From Rhizophagus irregularis (taxonomy: Eukaryota), in NCBI RefSeq assembly GCF_026210795.1, contig NC_089431.1:4030001-4094000 (forward strand): 64,000 bases of DNA, read 5' to 3'. The translations under genes were made by a program, and so were the position numbers. Below, piece after piece: positions 10,800 to 21,991 of this stretch. How positions within the stretch are numbered: the stretch's first letter is position 1; each line of letters starts with the position of its first letter. The notes beneath the pieces were generated by a model that searched no databases, was not told the DNA's origin, and saw only the letters and a program-made list of their open reading frames with translations.

Positions 10800-11787
10800 A
10801 ATTTTTTAATTAAAAAAGTCAGACTTGACGTTTTTTGTTATTAAAAATCAAAAAAAAAATGATTTTATTAATCAAAAATGTCAGACTTGACGTTTTTTGT
10901 TATTAAAATCAAAAAAAATGATTTTTTTTTAATTAAAAACGTCAGACTTGACGTTTTTTGTTATTAAAAATCAAAAAAAAATATTTTTTTTAATTAAAAA
11001 CGTCAGACTTGACGTTTTTTGTTATTAAAAATCAAAAAAAATGATTTTTTTTTAATTAAAAACGTCAGACTTGACGTTTTTTGTTATTAAAAATCAAAAA
11101 AAAAAATATATTTTTTAATTAAAAACGTCAGACTTGACGTTTTTTGTTATTAAAAATCAAAAAAAAATATTTTTTTTAATTATAAACGTCAGACTTGACG
11201 TTTTTTGTTATTAAAAATCAAAAAAAAATATTTTTTTTAATTATAAACGTCAGACTTGACGTTTTTTGTTATTAAAAATCAAAAAAAAATATTTTTTTTA
11301 ATTAAAAACGTCAGACTTGACGTTTTTTGTTATTAAAAATCAAAAAAAAGTGATTTTTTTAATTAAAAACGTCAGACTTGACGTTTTTTGTTATTAAAAA
11401 TCAAAAAAAAGTGATTTTTTTATTAAAAACGTCAGACTTGACGTTTTTTGTTATTAAAAATCAAAAAAAAATATTTTTTTTAATTAAAAACGTCAGACTT
11501 GACGGTTTTTGTTATTAAAAATCAAAAAAAATATTTTTTTTAATTAAAAACGTCAGACTTGACGTTTTTTGTTATTAAAAATCAAAAAAAAGTGATTTTT
11601 TTAATTAAAAACGTCAGACTTGACGTTTTTTGTTATTAAAAATCAAAAAAAATATTTTTTTAATTAAAAACGTCAGACTTGACGTTTTTTGTTATTAAAA
11701 ATCAAAAAAAAATATTTTTTTAATTAAAAACGTCAGACTTGACGTTTTTGTTATTAAAAATTAAAAAAAAAATGATTTTTTTTTAAT
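10800..11787. repeat. Tandem minisatellite, ~16 copies of ~60 bp, each with a perfect hairpin
   Basis: Unit TTAATTAAAAACGTCAGACTTGACGTTTTTTGTTATTAAAAATCAAAAAAAAATATTTTTT; AAAAACGTCA-GACT-TGACGTTTTT is a 10-bp inverted repeat. Confidence 0.95.
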
Positions 11788-11792
11788 TATAT

Positions 11793-14036
11793 TAGTGTAC
11801 TTTTGGATATAATGGGTGAGTTTATTTTAAAAGCATACTAATACTACTAATAAATTAATAAAAGATGTTTTTATAACAATAGATTGTGTTTAGTGAGATT
11901 TATGAAAAAATTTTATGAAATTTTTTTTAATAAGAATAGCTTTGTATAAAAAATTTTCTAGAATTTTTTTTTAATAACGATATATCAGCATAGTAGTAAT
12001 AGTACAATAGGGTTAACTATACAATAAATAGATGTAATAAATTTTTTGGAATTTTTTTTTAATAACAGTAAATTGGTATCATATAATAGATGATATAATA
12101 AATTTTTTTTGGAATTCTTCCTTAATAATAATATATTGGTATAGCACAATAGATAGATATAATAAAAATTTTCTGTGATTTATTTTTTAATTACAATAGA
12201 TTGGTAACTTATTAACGGAAGTTAATAATTTTTTTACAGTTCACAGTAACACTAATATTACTTTTTTTTTTTAATCGCAGCGCATTTGCAGTTTTATTAA
12301 AGTAGAAAAATAAAGAATATGTATACATAGTATGATTCTAAAAGCTACTCTAATATAATTAAACTACAAACCACTTGTCATACGTATAGTACCCCACGTG
12401 TGCACTGTCGAGTGATCGTTAGACTCAGTAGGTAGACAACATTTGTAATGCGTTATCTTAGCCAGACGGCCCTATCTTCAACATAGTAACACTAATATTA
12501 CTAATAAGTAATGATAATAAAAGATTTTAATTACATTTAATAAGGTTAATAAAAAAATTTTTTGAGATATAATAGAATGGTATAGTACAATAGATAGATA
12601 TAATAAAATTTTCTGGGATCTATTTTAATAATAACAGATTGGTATAATACAATGTATAGATATAAAAAAATATTTCTGAATTCTTTTTTTTAATAATAGA
12701 TTGATATGAATATATTTTCTGTGATTTTTTTTTAGCAATAAGTCATTATATCAGTATAAAATTTTCTGGATTTTTTTTAATAACAATAGATCAGTATGGT
12801 ATAATGGATAGAAATAAAAAATTTTAAGGATTTTTTTTTTAATAACAATACTAGATTGGTATAGTACAATAGTTACTAGATATAAAATTTTCTGGGATTA
12901 TTTTAATAACAATAGATAGGTATAGTACAATGGACTAATTTAATAAATTTTTTTGTGATTTTTTTTAATAACAATAGATTGGTAATAGACAACTGATTAT
13001 TAATTTGTTCAATTAATAATTGTTTTTTAAAGATTTTTTCCAGTAATACTACTACTAATAGGTATTAATAGTTAGTTTAATGAGTTAATAAAAGATTTTT
13101 TATAAATAGATTATATTTAATGACATATAAAAAAAATTTTGGGAGATTTTTTTTAATAACAATAGATCAATACAAAAAATTTACTGAGACTTTTTTTAAT
13201 AACAATAGATTGGTATAGTACAATGAATAGATATAAAAAAATTTTAACTTTTTTTTTAATAATAGATTGATATAAATATATTTTCTGAATTTTTTTTTAA
13301 CAATAGAGTCAATAAATCAATATAAAAAATTTTTTTGATAACAACAGATCAGTACTATATTATAATGGAGAGATATAAAAAATTTTTTAGATTTTTTATT
13401 AATATAATAGATCAGTTTCTGGAATTTTTTTATGACAAATTAGTATAGTACAATATATAAAATTTTCTGGGATTTATTTAAATAACAATAGATATGATAA
13501 AATTTTTGGTGATTTTTTTTTTAGTAGCAATAGATTGGTAATAGACAATTATTACTGTGACCAAAACTGATCTGATTTACCAATTCATTATCAGTTCAGT
13601 TTTTAATGTTTTCACAACATTTTTTATAGTCTATTACCAATCTATTGTTACTAAAAAAAATAATCACCAAAAATTTATCATACCTATTGTTATTAAAATA
13701 AATCTCAGAAAATTTTTTTATTAACCTTATTAAATGTAATCTATTGTTATAAAAATCTTTCATTTATATTACTTACTAGTAATATTAGTGTTACTGTGAA
13801 CTATAAAAAAATCTTACTAAAAAACAATTATTAACAAGTTAATTGTCTACTATCAACATATTGTTATTAAAAAAAAATCCCAGAAAATTTTTTTATACCA
13901 AACTATTACTAAAAAGAAATCTCATTAAATTTTTTATAAATCTCACTAAACACAATCTATTGTTATAAAAAAATCTTTTATTAATTTATTAGTAGTATTA
14001 GTATAAAACTCACTCACTATATCCAAAAGTACACTA
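11793..14036. mobile_element. Foldback-like non-autonomous element with long, internally repetitive inverted arms
   Basis: TAGTGTACTTTTGGATATA at 11793 and its reverse complement ending at 14036; several hundred bp of inverted similarity; interior of degenerate TTTTAATAACAATAGATTGG repeats. Confidence 0.7.
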
Positions 14037-14255
14037 GTTATATAATAGTATTAATATATGACATAACGTCTTAACATATTACTAACTATTACAAGATGAA
14101 TATAATAGGATTGTTGTTGACAGCAAAGTCTGTCATGGTTATTAGTTTCCGCTAATCTTACAACTTCCCATAAATACTTCCCATAAATTAAAACTTCCCA
14201 ACCAAAATCATTTTTCTTTATATTAAATATTTTTTTTATTATCATTATTTTCATA

Positions 14256-14644
14256 ATGGCAAATAATTTTACTAGAACCATAGTAAACTTTCCTAAAATT
14301 CAATCCAAAGACCTAGGTTCTTTTTCATATAAAAATAAAGATACAAATGAATTTAATAGTATTAAAAGCAATATAATTGCACGTTTTAAAAAAGGATGAG
14401 GAAAAAGATGTTTCCGTTTATTTCTTGTAGATAATAATAAAAGAAATTTAAGTGATTCAATCATAGTGTTAGACTCAGAAAATAACCAAATTAAAGGTAA
14501 TAATTATCCAGCTGAAACCGGTCCCGTTTCATATAAGATTAACTGGGTTCAAGACTACAGAGTTTTTTTCAAATTAGTAAACACAATAAAACGCTTCAGT
14601 TATCATGAATGAATAATCCGAAACGACAAGCTGTTTCAATGTAA
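14256..14644 (+). pseudogene. Family B small protein (MANNFTR...), frameshifted copy
   Basis: High identity to 17473-17877 with several indels in A/T runs. Confidence 0.75.
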
Positions 14645-15389
14645 GACTTATTAAAGTTTCACTCGTACGATTGGTTATTTACCAATTCAAAAATACATTT
14701 TACTAATCAAAAATTATTTATTTGTTGAAAGAATGGAAAATGAATATGATGTCGAACTTCCAAATTTATAATAAAGGTTCGGTTTTTTATTTATTGTATT
14801 ATTCAATAAATATAAATATAACTATTTTTAAATGTTAAATGTATTTCCTTTTTTTGTTTTTTTTTACTATTAAAGGATATTTAATTATTAAGTTCTTATT
14901 TATCATTTTATCTAGTAATACTTTTTTTTTTAGAAAAAGCAATAAATATTTTTTTGAGAAATTCATAAATTTATTTTATAATATTTGTATCTTATGGTGT
15001 AGAATTGCAAATATAAATATTGTGCTGCAACATCTGATATAGTAATTGAATATTATTTTTATTTTATTATTGAAGATTTTATAGATTATGCGTATAACAT
15101 ATAATAAATAAATAAAATTCAAATATATTGAAAGAAATCTAAAATGCCCGACCCAGACCTAAAGCATTTATTCTGTAGACTGATATTTTTTGTGAATATC
15201 GTACATGGGGCTGTATAACCTAAATCCGTCCGTCAGTATTTTATTTTTTCTAAAAAATTTTTTATTTGAATTGCATGTTCCGAATTAAATATGTTCCAAA
15301 CTATAAAAAATAGGACTGAAAGTAACGAAGGGTATGTGACTTCTCCAGACAGGACTTTTTATGATGGATGTGCATATTAACTTATTATA

Positions 15390-15720
15390 TAATATATATA
15401 TGTATATAAGTTTCGGGCTTCCAGCTTCTCTGGTATGGAAGTCTGAATGGTAACTATTTCTTTGGATAGGTTTGAAAAACTTTAAGAGACGTACTAACAT
15501 TTCTCTTATTGTTTTGTAGTTTTCTGGTATAACATTTTAAAGGATAAGTTTTTTTTGGAAAGGGAGCTCACCATTAGCTTTAGGAAACAAACTAATGTAC
15601 CTTTTTTAATTTTTATGATTCTGCTTTTGGACACCTTTATAATGCGGTATATCAATTTTTTTAGGAAAATGTTTTGCTTGAACGTATTTTTTTTATTCGA
15701 GAAAACACTCTACTAATGTT
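15390..15720 (-). pseudogene. Decayed ORF of unknown family (also at ~19350-19630, ~23270-23530, ~38700-39020)
   Basis: One frame reads KHFPKKIDIPHYKGVQKQNHKN*KRYISLFPKANGELPFQKKLIL*NVIPENYKTIREMLVRLLKF; the block is conserved in four copies. Confidence 0.4.
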
Positions 15721-16365
15721 TTCTTTTTACTTTTGTAGGTTTTTGTAGGTTTTGGGTTTGGATTTCTGATAGTAAGTTTTGATACTTCTAACCTTCTTTT
15801 TAGAAAATGCTTATTAACATTAATATTTGAGAATCAGTCTTTAAGTGTGTTCCGGGCTTAGAACTACCCAGCGTATCCTGAAAAAATGTCTCAAAATGCC
15901 TGAAAACCGCATTTTAACTAGAGTGGCACATATTTAACAAATAGGGCGTGTCGAATAAGATTTTTGTTATTAAGTTTCTTAGGATACTTATGAAAATTGA
16001 AAAATGGAGGGATTTGACACGTGATGGAAAAAGTCACTCATGTGATTTTCAGTAGCACCCAAAAATATGTACTCACGTGATCTTTTCGCTAGCATTATGC
16101 CATGATTAAATGTGCGTTTTAGCATTAAGAGTGACAAAGTATTTGACGAATAATATGTGACAAATTATGTTATAATAATTTTATTTATATTAATAATGAA
16201 AGACCAATCTTATACTAATTAAATTTCATAATAAAGTTTTTACAGTATTTGTACCAATTGCACTTTTTTAGAACTCAGTTGACGATCTAAATATTTTAAG
16301 ATATATAATATTAGTTTAATAAATAGAAATTTTTGTTTTCAAAAATTTGAAAAATTTAACATATC

Positions 16366-16770
16366 TTACTTAAGCTTGTCAAGTTTATCTGTTTCAGTTA
16401 ACTCAACCCTTGGTTCCGTTTTAAGAATTAATTTATCCTTCCAAAACAGTCTATAACTACGATACCAAAGTAGGAAAAAAGAATCAACACCTCTATAAAT
16501 TTCAGATTTAATGAATTCTGGTTCATCACCGTTAACGTGTTTTTTAAGAATTACGTGTTTTGGAATTTCAAGATATTCATGATTATCATTTATAAAGGAT
16601 AATAATGCAAAGGAACTACAATGTCGTCTGAGCTCTATGTGAATATTTTCATTGAATTTAATATAAAGATTCTTTTCATCCCAGAAATCGCGGATATAAG
16701 AACTTTGAAATCGGTACTGATGGAACTGATGCTTTTTAATAATGCTATTACGAATTTTTGCAAAAAACAT
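16366..16770 (-). CDS. Family A small uncharacterised protein (134 aa, MFFAKIRNS...)
   Basis: Start, stop and length conserved in paralogues at 20318, 24181 and 39597. Confidence 0.75.
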   Translation of the reverse strand: MFFAKIRNSIIKKHQFHQYRFQSSYIRDFWDEKNLYIKFNENIHIELRRHCSSFALLSFINDNHEYLEIPKHVILKKHVNGDEPEFIKSEIYRGVDSFFLLWYRSYRLFWKDKLILKTEPRVELTETDKLDKLK

Positions 16771-17472
16771 TTTGATTCTGATCAGTTATAAAAAAGTAAG
16801 ATTTGGAATGCAAAAAAGTAATAATATAGTTTTTTCAAAATAAATGAGTTAATAATAATGACTCAAAAATGACAATTGTGACTTTAGATTAGATAAAGAA
16901 AAAAATTTTTAATCAAAATCTTACATTATTAGAATGTTTTATTATTTCCTAAAACCAAGAAATACAATCTATAAAATTTCTTTATTATTATAAAACCTGT
17001 TTATGTGTTGTATTTATATTGGTTACTAACTAAATACCATCACTAAGTTTTTTATGCGCAGTATATGCACAAAAAAATTACAAAAATGTGCCTGATTTTG
17101 TGTTTTATGATAATCGAATTGTGCATCCTCAAAACGCGCTTTAACGAAATAATAAATTGTAAAATTTTGTTTACAATGTATTTTACATTTTTAAATATTA
17201 TATTATACATTTTATATATTATATTGTACGATTTTAAGTATTATGTTATATTACACATTTTTAGAGGATATTACATTGTATTTTTACGTACAATAGCATA
17301 CATATTACTAACTATTACAAGATATGAATATAATAGGATTGTTGTTGACAGCAAAGTCTGTCATAATTATAAATATGCCCTAGTTTCCGCTAATCTTACA
17401 ACTTCCCAAAATTTCCCAACCAAAATCATTTTTTTTATATTAAATATTTTTTTTATTATCATTATTTTCATA

Positions 17473-17877
17473 ATGGCAAATAATTTTACTAGAAAGGCAA
17501 ATGATTTTACTAGAACCATAGTAAACTATCCTAAAATTCGATTCAAAGACCTAGGCTCTCTTTCATACAAAAATAAAGACACAAACGAATTTAAAATTAA
17601 AAGCAATATAATTGCACGTTTTAAAAAGGATGAGGAAAAAGATGTATCCCGTTTATTTCTTGTAGATAAGAATGGAAGGAATTTAAGTGATTCAATAGTG
17701 TTAGATTCAGAAAATAACCAAATTAAAGGTAATATTTATCCAGCTGAAACCGGTCCCGTTTCATATAAGATTAACTGGGCTCAAGACTACAGAGTTTTTC
17801 TCCAAATTAGTAAAAACAATACATTTATCATGAGAGTGAGAGCAATGAATCCGAAATGGCAAGTTGTTTCAATGTAA
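17473..17877 (+). CDS. Family B small uncharacterised protein (134 aa, MANNFTRK...)
   Basis: ATG position conserved in copies at 14256 and 21992; diverged intact paralogue at 33108; the upstream extension in the ORF track is AT-rich and not conserved as an ORF. Confidence 0.75.
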   Translation: MANNFTRKANDFTRTIVNYPKIRFKDLGSLSYKNKDTNEFKIKSNIIARFKKDEEKDVSRLFLVDKNGRNLSDSIVLDSENNQIKGNIYPAETGPVSYKINWAQDYRVFLQISKNNTFIMRVRAMNPKWQVVSM

Positions 17878-18561
17878 GAGTTTCACTCTTACGATTGGTT
17901 ATTTACCAATTCAAAAATACATTTTACTAACCAAAAATTATTTATTTGTTTAAATATTTTTCTTTTTTGAGAAAATAAATATGAACTAAAATATATTTAT
18001 TTTCTAATATGATATTAGGTGTATTTATCTTTGGTAATTTCAGCTTATAAATGTAAAAAGGAAAAAGAAACTGTAGCTGTTGGATATTTAAATGAATCAT
18101 CCGACCAAATTAACCATAAAGAATGGAAAATGAATATGATGTCGAACTTCCAAATTTATAATAAGGTTTTTTATTTATTGTATGTATTATTCAATAAATA
18201 TAAATATAACTATTTTTAAATGTTAAATGTATTTCCTTTTTTTGCTTTTTTAATTATTAAAGGATATTTAATTGTTAAGTTCTTTATCATTTTCATCTAG
18301 TAATACTTTTTTTTTTAGAAAAAGCAATAAATATTTTTTTAAGAAATTCATAAATTTATTTTATAATATTTGTATTTTATGGTGTAGAATTGCAAATATA
18401 AATATTGTGCTGCAACATCTGATATAATAGTAATTGAATATTATTTTTATTTTATTTATTAATTATTATTGATGCTTTTATAGATTATGCGTATAACATA
18501 TACCCAGACCTAAGCATTTATTCTGTAGACTGATATTTTTTATGAATATCGTACATGGGAC

Positions 18562-18890
18562 TAGTAGTGCTTCGATCCGGATGAAATCCGTTATTCAGAT
18601 TGAATAACAATTTAATCCGGATGAAAACTGTTATTAAACGAAAATCCGGATAAAAAAAATTACTTCAAAAAATCCAATCCTACCATTAAATGCGCAACGT
18701 CAAGCACTATCTTACATGCCTTAAATTGTTAAATTCTGTTCATTGGTTTCGTTCGGAAATATTTTAAGTTATCCGAAAACTGGCAATCCGGATGGATCTG
18801 ACGAAATCCGGTTCAAACTGCGGATTTCATCCGGATTTTTGATTTAATCCGGATCAATCCGGATCAATCCGTACATGGATCAAAGCACTA
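18562..18890. mobile_element. hAT-like MITE
   Basis: TIR TAGTGCTTCGATCC/GGATCAAAGCACTA; 8-bp TSD CATGGGAC; ATCCGG subterminal repeats; absent from the paralogous sites at ~15205 and ~23090. Confidence 0.85.
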
Positions 18891-19032
18891 CATGGGACTC
18901 TATCATAATCTAAATCCGCCCGTCAATATTTTTATTTTTTCTAAAAAAAATTTTTTATTTGAATTGCATGTTCAGAATTATATATGTTCCAAACTATAAA
19001 AAATAGGACTGTAAGTAACGAAGGGTATGCGG

Positions 19033-19178
19033 CCCAGTAAATAGTTTTTGCATAAATTTATACCAAACGGGCTCATTGGCTCGAAGCTCAAATTTATGCG
19101 AAAAATAATCCAAATTTAAGCCGATCTAGAGCCAATTATATATGGATGAGCCATTTGGTACAAAAACTATTTACTGGG
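19033..19178. mobile_element. CMC-like MITE (146 bp)
   Basis: Perfect 18-bp TIR CCCAGTAAATAGTTTTTG; 3-bp TSD CGG; empty site GTATGCGGATGTG at ~23224. Confidence 0.88.
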
Positions 19179-19192
19179 CGGATGTGCATACT

Positions 19193-19334
19193 CCTCGGCC
19201 TTCTCTGATTACCTGCCTTCTCACTCTTCTCCTACACAAGAACATCACAACCTTCCTATCTCTCATCTTATATTTATGGATGATTCTACTTTAATTGCCT
19301 CCTCTAAAGCTGGCATTGAGGATCGTTTATCTAT
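19193..19334 (+). mobile_element. Inserted internal fragment of a LINE reverse transcriptase
   Basis: Open frame ...HHNLPISHLIFMDDSTLIASSKAGIEDRLSIT (YxDD-type motif); absent from the paralogous site GTGCATACTAACTT at ~23234. Confidence 0.75.
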
Positions 19335-19935
19335 AACTTATTATATATATATATATATAGGTTTCGGGCTTCCAACTTCTCTGGTATGGAATTCTAAATG
19401 GTAAGCTAGTTTTCTTTGGATAGGTTTGAATAAACTTTAAGGGACGTACTAACATTTCTTTTTGTTGTTTTGTAGTTTTATGGTATAACATTTTAGAGGA
19501 TAAGTATTTTTTTTTTGAAAGGGAGCTCACCATTAGCTTTAGGAAACAAACTAATGTTCCTTTTTTAATTTTTATGATTCTGCTAATTGGTATATCAATT
19601 TTTTTAGGGAAAGGTTTCGCTTGAACGTATTTTTAGGTTCTGGGTTTGGATTTAGATTCCGGGCTTTGAACTAGTATCCAGCGTATCCTGAAAAAATGTC
19701 TCTAAGGGCGTGTCAAATAAGATTTTTGTTTTTAAGTTCCTTAGGATACTTATGAAAATTGAAAAACGGAGGGATTTGACATACTATGCACTCACGTGGT
19801 CTTTTCACTGGCATTATGCCATTAAATGCGGCGTTTTAGCATTAAGAGTGACAAAGTACTATTTGACGAATAATTTATATTATAATAATTTTATTTATAT
19901 TAATAATGCAAAACCAAATTAAATTTCATAGTAAA

Positions 19936-20183
19936 CATCAGGAAATTTTTTTTATGTAAAAAATATGCAATATTTTGTGCATGAAAAAATTGATTTGCAC
20001 ACTCTGAAATTGCATATTTAATATATATAATGTATTTTCCATACAATATATTGTAAAAAAATGGGTTAATTTTTATATAAATTTGTACAAAGAATTATAC
20101 ATATAATATTGTTAATTATATTGCATAAATTTTAGAAATTTAACTATTTGTGCAATATTGAATACCCTGAAAAATTTGTGATG
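19936..20183. mobile_element. AT-rich MITE-like insertion (second copy at 23835-24050)
   Basis: Imperfect TIR CATCAGGAAATTTTT/AAAAATTTGTGATG; 2-bp AA duplication; empty sites at ~16232 and ~39456. Confidence 0.65.
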
Positions 20184-20317
20184 AAGTTATTATAAAAAAA
20201 ATATAGTATTTGTACCAATTGCACTTTTTTAGAACTCAGTTGATGATCTATATATTTTAAGATATATAGTATTAGTTTAATAAATAGAAATTTTAAATTT
20301 GAAAATTTTAACATATC

Positions 20318-20722
20318 TTACCTAAGCTGATCAAGTTCATCTGTTGCAATAAACTCAGTCCTTGGTTCCGCTTTAAGAATTAATTTATCCTTCCAAAACA
20401 GTCTATAACTACAATCCCATTCTAGGTTAAAAGAATCAACATCTCCAGGACTTATAATTCTTAAAAAACTCGTTAACAAAGGTGAACCAAAATTCATTGA
20501 ATCTGTGTGTTTTGGAATTTCAAGATATTCATGATTATTATTTATAAAGGATAGAAATGCAGAGGAACTACAATGTTGTCTGAGCTCTATGTGAATATTT
20601 TTATTGAATTTAATATAAACTTTCTTATCATCTAAGAAATCGCGGATATATGAACTTTGAAATCGGTACTGATGAAACTGATGCTTTTTAATAATGCTAT
20701 TACGAATTTTTGCAAAAAACAT
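20318..20722 (-). CDS. Family A small protein (134 aa) carrying an internal 53-bp inversion
   Basis: Paralogue of 16366-16770; frame intact. Confidence 0.7.
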   Translation of the reverse strand: MFFAKIRNSIIKKHQFHQYRFQSSYIRDFLDDKKVYIKFNKNIHIELRQHCSSSAFLSFINNNHEYLEIPKHTDSMNFGSPLLTSFLRIISPGDVDSFNLEWDCSYRLFWKDKLILKAEPRTEFIATDELDQLR

Positions 20723-21226
20723 TTTGATTCTGATCAGTTATAAAAAAGTAAGATTTGGAATGCAAAAAAGTAATAATATAGTTTTTTCAAAATAAATGAG
20801 TTAATAATAATGACTCAAAAATGACAATTGTGACTTTAGATTAGATAAAGAAAAAAATTTTTAATCAAATCAATTATCTTACATTATTAGAATGTTTTAT
20901 TATTTCCTAAAACCAAGAAATACAATCTATAAAATTTCTTTATTATTATAAAACCTGTTTATGTGTTGTATTTATATTGGTTACTAACTAAATACCATCA
21001 CTAAGTTTTTTATGCGCAGTATATGCACAAAAAAATTACAAAATGTGCACGATTTTGTGTTTATGATAATCGAATTGTGCATCCTCAAAACGCGCTTTAA
21101 CGAAATAAAAAATTGTAAAATTTTGTTTACAATGTATTTTACATTTTTAAACATTATATTATACATTTATTGTACGATTTTAAGTATTATGTTATATTAC
21201 TACACATACATTTTTAGAGGATATTA

Positions 21227-21787
21227 CCCTATAAAAAATAAGTGTCCGGAAATTGTCCAGAAATTGTCCGGAAATTGACCTGAAATATTTTTTCATAAAA
21301 TTTGGCACAAAAAGATGATCAACAGGTGACCATCATTATAATTGCTTTTAACTTAAAGTTTTATATCATAGATATATAGTATTTTTGCCTGCTCAGCAAA
21401 TTTAATTAGTATGACAAAGAAGGTTATGAATGTCAGTCTTGTGCTTTTTGCATTTTTCTACAAAATTAATTTATCCTTTTTTTGGAAGTAGCGTCCAGAA
21501 TTTGTCCAGAATTTTTTCATGTCCGGAATTTGTCCAGCTCAAATTATCTGAATTTTTACTATGTCCGGAATTTGTCCAGGTTTATCCGTCCGGAATTTGT
21601 CCAAAATTTTATACTGGACAAATTCTGGATATATTCTGGACAAAGTCCGGATATGTCAAAATTTTAGGTATCAAATTTGTAGCAGAAAATAGACATTTTC
21701 CGGACAATTTCTGGACATGCCAGATTTATTCTGGACAATTTCCGGACATTTTCGTAGACATTTTCTGGACATTTATTTTTTATAGGG
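21227..21787. mobile_element. CMC/EnSpm-like non-autonomous element with TGTCCGGAAAT subterminal repeats
   Basis: TIR CCCTATAAAAAATAA; 3-bp TSD TTA; empty site GATATTACATTG at ~17267; near-identical inverted copy at 50060-50737. Confidence 0.9.
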
Positions 21788-21991
21788 TTACATTGTATTT
21801 TTACGTATAATAGCATACATATTACTAACTATTACAAGATATGAATATAATAGGATTGTTGTTGACAACAAAGTCTGTCATGGTTATAAATATGCCCTAG
21901 TTTCCGCTAATACAACTTCCCATAAATTAAAACTTCCCAACCAAAATCATTTCTTTATATTAAATATTTTTTTATTATCATTATTTTCATA

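Noticed and set aside
10800..11787. CRISPR-like array (regularly spaced palindromic repeats)
   Set aside because: The intervening sequences are near-identical A/T tracts rather than unique spacers, there are no cas genes, and the context is eukaryotic
17065..17472. N-terminal hydrophobic extension of the 270-aa track ORF
   Set aside because: AT-rich I/F/Y/L-biased sequence that is not open in the paralogous units; the conserved start is 17473
18019..18219. Possible kinase-like remnant (EKETVAVGYLNESS) in each cassette unit
   Set aside because: Resemblance to a kinase subdomain II is too short and lacks the catalytic Lys; frames differ between copies
21430..21810. 126/130-aa ORF MSVLCFLHFST... 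present twice (also 50025-50417), plus the 61-aa overlapping ORFs
   Set aside because: They lie within the repeat arm of a non-autonomous transposon and run out of its end; identity reflects recent transposition, with no transposase motif
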